64,000 bases of DNA from Harriotta raleighana (Eukaryota): NCBI GenBank assembly GCA_050575255.1, contig JBNZDD010013686.1, positions 2,299,155 to 2,363,154 of the forward strand, in the 5' to 3' direction. Made by a program: the position numbers and the translations under genes. The notes under the pieces were generated by a model that was not told where the DNA came from, did no database searches, and saw only the letters and a list, made by a program, of their open reading frames with translations. Positions 12,226-25,540 of the stretch are shown here, in pieces (the first letter of the stretch is position 1; the number at the start of each line of letters is the position of its first letter).

Positions 12226-13757
12226 ATATGTGAAGGGCACCATATAAATGCAAGTTATTGTAAAAATGAACAGATAGCGGTCCTAGATCTAAATATTAAT
12301 TGCCTCTGTACATTGTGTAGACTAATAGAAATCTTTTCTCTTAATAGACACAAGTTTGTGGATTGATGTACAGGTAGCAACTGCAAGACAATTGTAAACT
12401 GGCAGCTTGATGATATAGTGGCTGAACACTCCCCACAGAGACTGACAGCCTGTGACCCCCAAACGGAGGTCAAAGAGAAATTAACACAAGAGTACCAGAT
12501 TCAACTAAGGTGGTAATTGCAGTTTGACTCTGCAGGAGGCATGGGAACACATAAACAGTACCAAGTCGTTGTAACGTTTCAAATGTCGCACTGCCTGAAA
12601 GAGCAAGTCAGTTGTAAATCTCAGTTCATTATAAAAGCACCTTGAATTAGGTGTAATTTATAGGTATCAGTTAAAAATATATAAAAGTAGCTTATGTGAG
12701 CTTTTTTGCGTAAGTAGGTGAAGGAAAAAACATGCCTTCGTATTACCTTCATATTTGATCATCAACTTCCTGACATTCTGTGTTATCTCTGTGTGGTCCT
12801 AAAATAAAACTACCAATGCTAAAATACAAGATCCGCAATACAACATACATTTAACCTGTCAACTGGCTTATTTATCTTAATCTAGATCAGAGCCCTGGCC
12901 AACATAGTTACTTGTTCACATTTTTAACACCCCTCAGAGTTCAAGCTTTGGTGTCTGACCTCAATATGGTATTAAAGTGAAGTATGATATCCCAGACCCT
13001 CTTAAATTTCACTGTCCTCTCATGAATTTTACACCTGTCATCCATCAATAGGCCTCCTCCTGAGATCTTTCAACAGGACACATGTATATTATGCTGTAAA
13101 TATTATAAATATCCATTAGCACACTAATTATAATAATATTCAAACTCACCACTATGTAAGTATAAGTTACTAACATTATACAATAAAAAAAACTTTCTTT
13201 TAAATGACATGGTTGCTTATTGGATCAATAATCAGAATAACGTTTCTTTCCTCAGTAATTATGACCCTTGTTTTCATCTGTATTTAGCTTTGCACATAAA
13301 GAAACATCATTGTGGAGATGCACTTCAAATAACAGGTGCCATTGCATCTAAATGTTTGAGAGATTCAAAATCCGCCTGACTAAAGTAACCAAGTGGCAAA
13401 ATTCCCCAGAGAAAGTGAGTGCAATTGACAATGTACCAGAGGCAAATAGAGTTTTAAAGGGTCATTTATCATGGTTAGCATTGTTTAATTGGATCAAACC
13501 AATGTAACAAATGTACTTTTCTTCAAATCCAAATGCACAAAAGCCTTTTGGCAAACTTAACAAAAGTTCTTTAAATTATGAATTAAATATCATCCAATCA
13601 ATATATCAAATCTCAAATGTACTGAAATATATACAGTTAATATATTTATGGATGATAAATACTCTTTGCCTTTGATTTATTGCCTTATATCAGAAAATCT
13701 CATAAAATAGTTAGTGAACAACAAAGAGTTTGGCAAAGTAGATGACTAAGTTCATAG

Positions 13758-13854
13758 CTCGGGTCTGAAACATTGACTGTCCAGGATCTTGGGACATCCT
13801 CCTGAGGTGAAAGGTACTATACTATACAGGACAAATATAATTTTGTTGTTGTTG
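13758..13854 (+). mobile_element. L2 tail fragment
   Basis: CTCGGGTCTGAAACATTGACTGTCCAG...TTGGGACATCCTCCTGAGGTGAAAGG...TAATTTTGTTGTTGTTG. Confidence 0.8.
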
Positions 13855-14359
13855 TAGGCAGATGAGTCAATGTTCAATATGGTAGTAAAGGGATTCTACA
13901 AACACCTAGGGAAGTGCATCATCTAGGGGTAGGAGCAAAAGCATCTCTTTAAGTGGGTTTCAAGGCCCTTTTGAGAGCTTGTGCTATTTGTTGAGTCAAG
14001 AATCAGTATTATCAGTATTAGATAGCAGCTTACCCGATTTGATGTTGATGAACTGCAAAGTTATTCATAATTTTAGGTCATCTTCTTATAATAGCTCCTC
14101 TGCTTCTATACTTTTTGTTGATGTAAAAAATACAAACATGTTGCTTCTTTTCATTATTTGAAAATTTAGTTCATGATTTTTGTACTATTTTTCCAGTATA
14201 AAATGTATTTAGCCTCATAAACGATAAATGTTACTTAATATCTTCACAACTACGTCTTAACCCTTAACTGCTGATAGCTCTGGGAAATTCAGCCCGCCTC
14301 AGCCAGCTAGGTTTAAAAAAGTATTTTCAAGTCAGGGCGCATAAAAGTATAGCAATCAT

Positions 14360-14474
14360 TAATAATAATAATAATCCTTGCATTTGATATAACATATTAT
14401 TACATCATTGAGATATCTCAAAGCATTGCACAGGATTTACTATGTAGTGTAGTGACTGTGTGTTTCATAGGCGA
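14360..14474 (-). mobile_element. SINE 3' fragment
   Basis: (TAA)n TCCTTGCATTTGATAT...TCTCAAAGCA. Confidence 0.8.
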
Positions 14475-14852
14475 AGAATATTATTCTAAACTAGAAAACC
14501 TACTGAGACGTCAAAAGCAATGTTATATTACTGAAATAAACTCTTAGAAAGTGTTACACAAAAAAAAGGAAAGTTGTAAAACATTTATATCTACTCTCCA
14601 TTTGAAGGTCACCCTTTTGATGATATCAGCCTGTTCTACATTATATCAGGTTGCTCAATGAGGACATTTGTCAATGGCAGGGAATTGGAAGCTGCTGCAG
14701 TAGCTTATCCTGTCAGCAGTGTCCCAAAGACAACCAGTAAAACTCGTTGAATGTTTTGTCTCTTCCAGCGATCCCTTATACAGAGCACGTAGTTGGTTAA
14801 AAAAACTACTCATTGATGCACTGACCAGCATTTACAATGTCTTATTATTATA

Positions 14853-14964
14853 GTAATAATCCTTGTACAGTATTTGACATAACGCCTTTTACATCTCGAG
14901 ACGTCCCAAAGCGCTTCAAAGAATATACTGTAAAGTGAATTGACTGCATAATTTGTGGACAAAA
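14853..14964 (-). mobile_element. SINE 3' fragment
   Basis: GACGTCCCAAAGCGCTTCAAAGAATATACTGTAAAGTGAATTGACTG. Confidence 0.9.
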
Positions 14965-15140
14965 TCCCCTTTAAAGACAATGTTTTTTTGCTTGCACATT
15001 TGAAAGTAATGTGTATGTTGTTGAATGTAAACTTCTTCTGCTTACATAATACCATTTCTTGTAGCTGTGTACAAAAGGTGGACACATTGCAATTTTCTGG
15101 AAAACATGTGGTAAACAGACACCAGAGTAGAATTTTCATT

Positions 15141-15181
15141 AAAACAACATCAACAAAATTACATTTGTTTAGCGCCTTTCA
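15141..15181 (-). mobile_element. L2 tail-only fragment
   Basis: AACAACATCAACAAAATTACATTTGTTTAGCGCCTTTCA. Confidence 0.65.
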
Positions 15182-15256
15182 AAAGTCTTTTTGTTTAAAA
15201 ATTATCCGTTACTTAAAACAGTTCCAAAGTTATGTTTGTTGTAACCTCGCAATGAA

Positions 15257-15350
15257 ACACAGTCAATCCATTTCACAATATATTGTGTGAAGCACTTTGA
15301 GAAGCACTGATAAGACATTGTATCAAATGCAATGATTATTATTTATTATT
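15257..15350 (+). mobile_element. SINE 3' fragment
   Basis: ACAGTCAATCCATTTCACAATATATTGTGTGAAGCACTTTGAGA...TATCAAATGCAATGATTATTA. Confidence 0.8.
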
Positions 15351-15713
15351 AGAAAGGAGTTAATCAGCAAGTCTCTTTGCTAGCAAATAATTAGCATAAA
15401 AATAGTGTAGAATTGGAGACTGTTTTCAGGTTTTCTCTGTTACATTATTTGAGGCATATAAACTCTCTTACGTGTCTTTCAACTAAAGCAACCCACCATC
15501 AGTGACTGGCCTTTTTATTGAGAGCTGTGAGGCTTTATTTGGGGAGTTCAAAATGTCGAGAAGACAATTTTTTGTTCAGTCAGGTGTGTGTCAAATGCAG
15601 AAGCCCATTACCATGCTTGAGAGAATCAAAACCAGGCAGAGTTTGACAACGCATGTCACCTAAAGAAGAGCCACATGGGACAGATAATGACAGACCATTG
15701 CAGCCTGTGAAAC

Positions 15714-15750
15714 TATATACATATATATATAACTATATATAATATATATA
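15714..15750. repeat. Imperfect (TA)n microsatellite
   Basis: TATATACATATATATATAACTATATATAATATATATA. Confidence 0.85.
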
Positions 15751-16328
15751 AATAAAAAGACTGAAAACGATGAGGGGTTAATTGCACTGAAAGTTTAAAA
15801 ACATGTTCTTCAATTATAGTTGCTTTTATTTTATATAGATTTTAAAATGACCTTTCGTTGAGGAATAGTGAATATTGTGAGTGGGTGGGGATGGGAGGGA
15901 ATCGGGTTATTGATATTTTTTTCTAAACGTGAACTATAGCAGCTGAGAAAATTAGTTTGGATGCTGAGTTTGGTCACTTTTCACTTTGGCTGCATGATTA
16001 GGAATCTCTTCAAGGATATAATTGACCTTGATTCACCTGTGGAACTCCACTGCCTGCCTGACTGATCTCTAGAGCATTAAAGATAAAACTACTGAGTCAC
16101 GTCCAACTCAGGAAGTTATTATATGTAACAGAATTAATTCAGTCAGATTCTTGTGCATCCCATCATACTTCAAGAGCCTCAGAGACTCTGGTTGTTGTGT
16201 TATAACAATCAAAGCAACCAGGCAAATTAAATTTATGATCACATTTTGTGGATGAAAGATTGATTATTCTGTCATTCCCTGGCATAAGACATAAATTGTA
16301 AAGTTAAATTGGCACATTCCTAATTATA

Positions 16329-16601
16329 GTACTCGCCTTACAACCGTGTGACCTATATTGGAATCCAAGCAGGTCAGGGCAAAACTTTGGGCAAGTTTCC
16401 TTTCTCCACATGCCTAATAATAATTCATCCTCCTGAAAAAAAATTGGTGATTTCAATCCATGACTGTTTGTGGAATTTGTGGGCTTCCGCATTTTGCCCA
16501 CAAATATACAGTCAATTCACTTTACAGTATATTCTGTGAAGCACTTTGAGATGTCTAGAAGACATGAAAAAGCGCTATATCAAATGCAACGATTATTATT
16601 A
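16329..16601 (+). mobile_element. tRNA-derived SINE, slightly 5'-truncated
   Basis: ACTCGCCTTACAA...GGCAAGTTTCCTT...CAGTCAATTCACTTTACAGTATATTCTGTGAAGC...GATTATTATT. Confidence 0.95.
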
Positions 16602-17568
16602 CATTGCAAAGGTTTCAGTTTGCTTGCATGGTCTACTCCACTGGGATATATCAATGATTCTGTATTTAATATGCACACATGGGAACCAGGTATTTCACAG
16701 AGGAGCTAATGTGATCAATGTAAAATGTCTACTCTTTCCATCCCACTTCCCAATCAGGGCTAAAAACTGGTCTTCAATAATATTTACGACAATAATATTA
16801 TGTATCCAATTTTATCATTAGTAAGCCATGACATGAAAAAGATAAATTTACAGATTAAATAAAAATTGTGCAGATAGAAATGAGAATCATAAAAATAGGT
16901 CTACAAGGGATAGGAATAACCTTGATGGGACTTTCAAGATAAAGTAATGCAATATTTAAACTATTTTAAACAAAATGTACATAAATATCTTCCATCTTCC
17001 AAAACTGATGATCATCTTTATTAATATTTTTTTTCTGCAAAGGAGATGCCTTATTTTCAGTCTGTTCATTTATTAAGTTACTCGAAAACACTTCACAGAT
17101 GCTATGAATTACAGGTTATGGTGCATCAAAGATTTAACCAAAGCTTGACAATAACCTGAACACCAATCCAGAGACTGAGGAAGGAACTATTCGAACTAAG
17201 AATTTTAGTAATTGCTGAATGCTGATCAATCAGTGATTAAAATCTGAATAGAATTCCTCTACCCATAACAAGAGGCCGTCTGCTAGACAGAGTATAGTAT
17301 AATAGCAGAGATATACTACATAAAAGACAAAGATCACCGTAGAGTTAGGCTCACACTCCAAAGAAGCACAGCTTTTATAAACTAATCATAGAATAACATT
17401 ATCTATGGAAATGTCTGTGATCTCAGTCATCTGATCCTTGTGAGAGAAGAAGGATGATGAACAGTTATGCCAAAGAAAGGAAATATGTATTTTCAAAAGT
17501 TAACTTGGAGGGTGGGGGTGATAATACTTCATCAAGCCAGGAATGTTCTGGTGATGAGAATAATAGTG

Positions 17569-17864
17569 TAATAATAATAATAATCCTTGCTTTTGATATA
17601 GCGCTTTTCATATTTTATCGACGTCTCAAAGCACTTCACAGAATATAGTGTAAAGTGAATTGACTATATATTTGTGGGCGAAACGCGGCAGTCAATTGTG
17701 CGCGGCAATCAATTACGCACAGCAGTTTCCCAAAAAAAGTCATGGATTGAAATGACCAATTTTTATTATTGTGCTTTTTTCGACGGAAAGGTTTTGCCCT
17801 GATCTGCCTGGAATATACACAGGTTTCAATCTTGTAAATCGAGTACACTATCCACCAGGAGCTT
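17569..17864 (-). mobile_element. tRNA-derived SINE, near full length with internal deletion
   Basis: (TAA)n CCTTGC...GACGTCTCAAAGCACTTCACAGAATATA...GGATTGAAATGACCAAT...GCCCTGATCTGCCTGGA. Confidence 0.93.
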
Positions 17865-18108
17865 CTGGTGATATGTCACTGGATGATACTGAGGTAAGAA
17901 GATAATTGGTGGTGCAGTGAGCATATTCTGTGCTCTAGTTGTGAGCTCCAGAGTACATGAATACCATGTGCTTCAATGGAATGCATGTGTGAAGGTAGGT
18001 ATCTGATCTCAGTTCTCCAGCAAAGATCCAAACCCACCCTCCCCCCACCTCCAACTTCCTATTTCATCTTAATTTCCTTGCAGCTGAACCTTCTGTAGTG
18101 GAGCTAAC

Positions 18109-18127
18109 TGCTGCCCTCTGATGGCTA
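18109..18127 (-). promoter_or_regulatory. CTCF core motif (reverse orientation)
   Basis: Minus strand TAGCCATCAGAGGGCAGCA fits CCASYAGRKGGCRS with one mismatch; motif match only. Confidence 0.5.
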
Positions 18128-18317
18128 CTTGAACTCACAGCTTCTTTCCAGTGGTTTAATGTTGTTGTTTGGAAATGCCACGAAACAGGATTAAAAAAAG
18201 CATATTGCAGGTTTGGTTTCAAATTAAGAAACTTGAGTGTTTCAATAATCGAAATCAGAACCTGACATCCTTCTCTTATCCTTACAATAAAAATAAATAT
18301 TTAATTCTACTAAAGGA

Positions 18318-18433
18318 CACAAAATATACAGTCTATCTTTATTCTTTACAGTTTATTCTGGGGAGCGCTTTGAGACGTCTCAAATGTATGATAAGGCGTT
18401 ATATTCAAATGCTAGGATTATTATTTTATTATT
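18318..18433 (+). mobile_element. SINE 3' fragment
   Basis: AAATATACAGTC...AGCGCTTTGAGACGTC...AAATGCTAGGATTATTATT. Confidence 0.88.
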
Positions 18434-19380
18434 TGGACAAATCCTGCTCACCAGCAGAGAACAGCGTTGTTGTTGACATGGATGCCTGTGACCATGTCCA
18501 CAGTATGACATCGAGCAGTATGGTGCGTAAATACAGTGGTAAAAGCAGAACTATGGTGGTAATGAGCAGAACTAAATGGCACACAAAAGAAAATCAATTA
18601 AAAAGAAAACTTTCACTGTTTGAAAAGCAATTTGACCTAAATGGACTCAAAGGACTGACCTTCTGCTGTGTGATTGACCGCAATGTAATTCTCATGTGCT
18701 AGACATGAAAATGAAAAACATGGACAGGGGACCTCCAACTCTGCCTCTGCAGAACACTATATTTTCACAAACAGCAGTGCTATTCTCTAGTATCATTTGC
18801 ACAGATCTAGACACTGTGAAAGTCTTGTGAATAGGAAACATTATTTTGTGACATTTCAGTGGATGTGATTTTAAATGTAAATGAGGAACCAAATACTGAT
18901 TGGGGCAGTTAAGTGAATGTCATGAATTAGCATATATGTCAATTATTAACCAATTTTGATCATCATCTGACAGGTTGCAGAATCTGTGCTGTGTTGTGGA
19001 AAGAATTATTGGTTAAACGCCGTATTCACTGCTGACAAGGATCACCAACTCAGTCAAAGTATTCCCGAAGACAAACTAGTATCTGCTAAACAGATTGTTC
19101 CTATGTGTGGTTTGTGTATAGTTTGTGCATCTCCCATCTCATTAGAAAACAAGCCTGGGCAAAAAATATAGAGCTTGAATCCCTTTGGGTTAACTCGGTC
19201 ATTTACGCTGGTTAATTTCCAAAACAAATAAATATCAGAAAAGCAACCAAGGACAAAAGGATTGGGGTTATGCTCGCTCTGATAACACACACATAATGAC
19301 ACCAAATAGCTGGACAAGGGCAACATTAGTCTCTCCAATGTTTCCGCACCCTCCACCTACTCTCCCCCCATTTGTGTATC

Positions 19381-19840
19381 AGCCTGGCTCAGTTGGTAGC
19401 ACTCTTGCCTCTGAGTCAAAAGCTTGTGGGTTCAACTTCTACATCAGGACTTGGCTAACACTCATTCCAATCCAGTGCTGGGTGTATGTTGCATTGTTGG
19501 AGGTGATGCCCTTCAACAACTTCAACAACAGCTTTGATTTATATCGCGCTCTCCAGAGCACTTCATGTGATGTTGAACTGGTGTGCCATTCTATCTCTTC
19601 AGGTGGACATTAAAAATCCAATGGCACTATTTGAAAACAAAAGGGAGTTTCCACCAATGTCTTGGCCATCAATACCCTGGATAAAATTGGTCATTCACTT
19701 TGTTGCTGTGTGTAGGACACTGTCGTGTGCATACCTAAAATGCACAGTCATGACATTGTTCAGTACATTCTGTCAAGTGCTTTGAGATGTCATCCCAATG
19801 TGACAGGCGCTGTATCAAATGGAAGGAATATTATTTATTA
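19381..19840 (+). mobile_element. Older DeuSINE (SacSINE1-like), near full length, with a nested L2 tail
   Basis: tRNA head TGGCTCAGTTGGTAGCACTCTTGCCTCTGAGTC...GGGTTCAA, Deu domain TTCAGGTGGACATTAAAAATCCAATGGCACTATTTGAA, tail AGTGCTTTGAGATGTC...AGGCGCTGTATCAAATG; opposite-strand (CAA)n L2 tail at about 19515-19564. Confidence 0.85.
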
Positions 19841-21024
19841 TAAATTTTATGATACTGACTCTGCAGGAATGGTCACTTAGACATTATGACTAAGTGTTAC
19901 TGGTCAATGTCTTACTGTGAAATAATATAGCCCAGCATGAGTCACGGTCAACAGAAGACGAATGAAAAAATAGGAAGAAATTACTACAGTAATGAATAAA
20001 TATAGCCATCGTGAAGAAATACTTGTTCCTGGTTTACTATTGAATATTTAGCATTATAATTATGTTACCTGCTGAAATGTTTACAGATGTTGTGTTACAA
20101 AGACGAGCCAACATTTTGGCACACATGGACACAAATTAGAAATGTTCTCTTTGTTTTCCTTACAACCTAGATTTTTTGTTGGTCTTCCTCTAAAATAGTA
20201 GGCCCATTGCCAGGTTTTTTTTGAACAGGACATCAAAGTAATAAGAAGCTGTTTGGAAACCTGCAAATAGAAATAATTCTGGTGTTTTTTTTCTGAAAGT
20301 TCAAAGCCCCTAAAGCCGATGACACCTTTTACGTTTTTGTACATGAGTCACACTGCTAATAGGGCCTTAAGTTTAATAGTATTGCCCGAGGCATCTATAA
20401 TACTGTGAATATTATACAACATTGGTTATTAATTTTCATTTTTGCATTCCACTTGCCCACTTATATAATTATTGGAATTGGCAAAGTTTAAAAGAAATCA
20501 TAAAAATATTATGCTATTTACAAGGGTCCAGGAATACTTTGTACTATATTTTTATATTCTGCAGTGTTTTTTTTACCAGCAGGATTGCATTAGAGATAAA
20601 AGAACATAAAATACTAACCAGTTTTGGCAAATGTTGTTTATGCCTGTCTGGTTATCAATGGCCAAAATATGCAAAGTTGTTGGATACAATTACAATCAGG
20701 TTTCTATTTACTATTTATTAACTGAGCAATTATAAAGAAAATATGACAATGGAATTGATATAGATTTTTTTTTAAATGTGCTTATCTAAAAATGTAAACC
20801 ATTTATATTACCCTCCTTTGATTTTGACTAAACAGGAAAGTATAAACATTTGTGAAAGACTATTTCAACATAAAACATAATATCTGAATTCACACTTCTC
20901 TGATAATAATAAATAATAGTCATTCCATTTGATCTAACAATTTATCATGTCATTAAGAGACATAAAAGTGGTTCATATGATATACTATAGTGTATAAAGT
21001 ATAAATATGTGTGTATTTTGCCAA

Positions 21025-21107
21025 CAATATATTCTTTGAAGCGCTTTGAGACGTCTAGAAGACGTGAAAAGCACTACTGTATTTCAAATGCAAGGAGTAT
21101 TATTATT
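21025..21107 (+). mobile_element. SINE 3' fragment
   Basis: AGCGCTTTGAGACGTCTAGAAGACGTGAAAAGCACT...CAAATGCAAGGAGTATTATTA. Confidence 0.9.
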
Positions 21108-23948
21108 AAAAGAAGCAGATAATTTGCAAGAAGAATTTGTAACATTATTATAGCTTGTTGCATTTTCTCATTCTAATGCATTAATGTCACCTGGAAGAAA
21201 AGCAGCCAGGTAGAGGTTGTAATGAAAAACACAAATGAATGTAAGCACATAATCCCATCCAATGAGCTCCATTTAGTTAGTTTTCATACTTTCCGTGTGT
21301 GTTTAGCATTAAGTGTTCTGCACTACTCATTTGGTGCATGTCATTGTTATAAAATACCTTCTTAAAGTCCAAGTGGAAGGAACAATCTTTCAGAATAATA
21401 TGTTTTATTTAATTAGGCTCTTGTTTTTTTCACTGCTTGCACAGTTCTTTGAGTTTGCTATGTACCTGAAGGCCAGGTCCTGCCGGGATTAATGCAACCC
21501 AGACAGCTCAAAAAGTGTTCATTAGGCTCTGATTAGTTTCACACAGGTGGTGAAGGTTAGTGTATTCTGATGGTGAACGGTAGCAATTGTATTCAGTATA
21601 AAACACCATCTGTTTCACCAGCAAGAAAGAGATGAAATCTTCGGTTTGCTTTGCTTTTTGTGTCAGTGTGCGTGTGCAAAGGCAGCTTTCATTTTTTTTC
21701 TCAACACATCCTACACCATTTCAAAGCATTGAAAGAGGAAATGCTATACTGGTGACTTTTGAGAACAGCTGGTAAAATATCTATAAAGTGAAAGTAAGTA
21801 CAACATCTTTTGGGAATGGTGAATGTCAAAAATAGGCTTCATTTGGATAATTCTCAGGTGTATTACATGGCACTGAATTGTCAATACTTTTTAACCATAA
21901 AATTATACTTAGGTACTGTGTTTATTGCTGTAAATATTTCTGACACATTGAATATCTTTGTACTTTATTGGGAGGAGGGGCTGGGGATAGGAAAGTAGGA
22001 AAAGGCAAATACATAACTCACTTTCCCTCGCCTCCCCCATATATTTCTTTGTATGACTAATCCAGTGTCTGATTCTGGTCTAATTTCAAGCAATGTATAA
22101 CCAAAGTAGGCACATCTGGCTTCCAAACATTTTGTAAAAATTAATAACTTTCTCAAACTTCCCTCACTCTCAAGTTACAACAGTTTTAAAGCTAAGATCA
22201 TGAAAGTTTCTTCTCATCGCTATCATTTCTCCTTGCCTGTTAACACTGTCTTCCAGTTAGATAAACTAAATTCCAATGTACAGTACATTGTGGAGTTGGT
22301 AGGGATTTTCAATCCATTTTCTTGCTTAGCAGCAAGTATGGTGGCAGACACCAATCAGGATGCTTCATGCAGCTCATGTTTCTTGGGGGTTAATATCACA
22401 TGATATAGCAAGTAACTAATGCAACGATGCATCAACAAGTAACTCACGAAAATTGATTAAACTCTATTCATGTACGTTTATCTTCAGGTCATAGACCTTA
22501 CCTATTATGTGCTGCTCGGATACAAATGTTTATTGGTGGAGTTTTGCTTCAGTTAGCAGAACAACAAAGGATGCTAAGAGATAAATCGGAAATACTAGCT
22601 GGCATCTGAGAATAATTACAAGGAAAGCTGCCATGTCATTCTGAATTGCAGCCTCCTCTCCCTTGGCTTCTGAATATGCGTACATGAGTTAAAATAATAT
22701 ATTTTTTAAAAAAGCACTTTGAAAAATTCCAACCAGGTATCCTCAGCAGGTGCATCTCAATAATTCTTCTTATGAGGAAGGATTAGGTCTTTGGTTCCGG
22801 GCTTGCTTTGAAATTGTTTTGTGAGCTTTGAAACGATGTACAGGTTTGATCAAAGGGATAAAATGGGTTTTGACAAAAATATGGAGGCGACACAATTAAT
22901 TTTTCACAAAGCTTTATTTCTATGCCATCTTTAAGGGAAGACTATAAAGAATCCAGCTGCTTCTAACATTTGAGCAACCCACAGCTTTGGGCGTATTTCA
23001 TTCTTTCATTCTCTTCTCCAGTTAATTGCCCTGGAGGAATAAGAGTCAGTCCATAGGTTTGGTGCGCATTACCCATTCTATTCAGTTGTGAAATGTCAAA
23101 CAATCCAAATTATAGCATTAGATATCATCAGTGATAATTACATTGAGCAAATAATTTGGTCAAAAAATGATTAAAATCATGTGTTGGTTATTAAAGGTGA
23201 TACAATCACCAGCTACATGCCATAATTTTAGTCACATAGTTCCTATTTTGACTAGCGCTTGAAGGGTGCTTCGACCCCGTTCAAATCTATCTACAGTCCA
23301 TCTCTTAAAGCAGAGCTGGGAGGGGAAATCACTAATCACCGAAGAGGACCACGCCTGCTCCGAGCAGTCTCCGATGTCTGTAAATGATTCTGGCTCAGAG
23401 TGATAAGCACCAAGATGGGATAGGAATTATCTTCAGTTCCACCTCCAACAGCCTCCACTTGATTTTTCCACATACTGCACCTGTCCTAACTATGTTTGAG
23501 ATCAAGAATTAAATCATACATTAAACTATGAGTATAATTAATTCATGGCACACCACATTCGAACTCCAACATTCTGTAGAGTTCTAGTGCCACAACTCTT
23601 TGTATTTATGACTACAAGGGAAAGTAAAGACACTGCATGATTCCTATGTACACCTGTGATCATAATACTCATTGCAATCATCACTGTTTGAAATTTGAAC
23701 TCTACATTTCATATGCAAGCTGAATTCTGGAGATAATCCGATCCCTTTAAACTTAAAGAACCGAGATTGTTTCCCAGACTTCGTCAGTAAGACTATTCCC
23801 TGCTGTGTAACTCTTCAGGTCTTTTGACAAGAGAAGACAAATCAGGAGAGGAATCTGTGATAAAGAATACTGAAAACTATTCCGTGAAGGCTTTAGCATA
23901 TAACATCTATATTCCTATAACAAATATCATTAGACATCCGATAGCTCA

Positions 23949-24179
23949 GTGGAGTCCTGTAACTCAGTGGTTAGGTCATTTGCCTTACAAGCAAGAAACC
24001 TGGGTTCGATTCCAGGCAGGGCAAAACCTTGGGTAAATTTCCTTACTCCATACACCTGATAATAATCCCCCCCAAAACAATAAATTGGTCATCTCAATCC
24101 ATGCCTGTTTGTGGGACACTGCTGTGCACAATTGGCTGCTGCATTTTGGCCACATATATATGGTCAATTCACTTTACAG
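23949..24179 (+). mobile_element. tRNA-derived SINE lacking its 3' tail
   Basis: GTGGAGTCCTGTAACTCAGTGG, B box GGTTCGATTCC, core intact, similarity stops after CACTTTACAG. Confidence 0.93.
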
Positions 24180-25540
24180 GTTAGTAACAGACAATGAAAA
24201 ATAAATAATTTAAGATGTGTTTATCTGTCAGACCCCTCAGGGTAACCTCCAAAAAAATTAATCTAATCCACATAGAAAATGGATGGCACTTATCTTTGTT
24301 TCAAGATTAATGATATACAGCTATAGTTGGAATCTACCACAGAATTGAATTCCATGGGTCAAACATATCTTTCCTTTGATATTGTTGCAAAAGATAAATA
24401 GAACATCAATTTGTATGAGATTACTAAAGGAATCATATCATCAACAAATTTGTGATGATCAAACTAAATTGGTTATGAATATATATTTCACCCCTTAATT
24501 TGTGGTATGTTCAGATGGTATGTAAAATTTTGAAAGTACTGTGTTCTAAGCTTTAGTTATACAGTACTTAACATTTGTATCAAAGTCAACGGTGCTTCAT
24601 TGGCTTTTTATTTTGCTACCTGGTGTCAAATCAGTTTGCAGTTCACTCGCCATTGAGCTAAATCTGTTTTGACACCAAATGTACCAGAACAACGCAAAGA
24701 GCTTTGCTGCCAATCTAATACAATGGTTCCCATTGGTGTGGTAATTGATGTTTCATATTAAATTGATGTAAAGATTTTTCTTGAGTTATTTGATCTGGAT
24801 AGAAGGCTTTTTATTGAAGGTTTATATTAAAACGTAGGACCGGATGAGGACTCTTGGCAATACTCTTCCCATTTGGGATGAATCCTTAGAACTCTTCAAA
24901 GTTCTTGGTACTTGACCTAGACTTCTGAAAAACTTTAAGCCTCCTTTTTGTTTTGCTCTTGTGTATGGATTTGACAAAAGTAGTGAAATGATGTATTAAT
25001 TGTTTCTTCACAATGTCCTTATTTAAGTACAGAAAAAAACACTGGTATATCAAAAAGCAGTTGACGTTGCTTTATTTATTGCTTGTTTTTTGCAGAAGGG
25101 CCTTTTGCTATTCCTACATTACAAAATGCAGATTTTGTCTACACCAATGGTGGAAACATCCTTAAGGACTCATGGTGAACTTCAAACAATTTGAGGTGAG
25201 GTTGTCATTTTTATAAACTAATGACATGACTAGAAAATCAGATTTATGTTTCTCTTCTAGACTATTCCTGATGCAAATTTGTTACCTTTTATACGATACA
25301 GCATATGATACCAAGTTTAGTGCTTCCAGAGATATGTGAATGAACCAAAAGAGGAGTTGGATAATGTGGGTAGATTCAAGAGGGAATTTCTAATTCTAAC
25401 ATTTCTGATGGCGATGAGTTTAGAGGATCCAATACAAAAAAGGAGGGAGTTTATCCTGATTCTGTGGTCAATAATTCTCCAAATTAATTGGTCATTCAAT
25501 TCACAGGTGCCTGCTGTACGAATGTTTACAGCGTTTATCT

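Noticed and set aside
14257-14315. piggyBac-like TTAACCCTT terminus
   Set aside because: No convincing partner terminal repeat or internal homology
24601-24612. miR-135-like TGGCTTTTTATT; let-7-like TGAGGTAG near 50668; miR-1-like TGGAATGTAAA near 30326
   Set aside because: Only partial matches; the rest of the mature sequences and hairpins are absent
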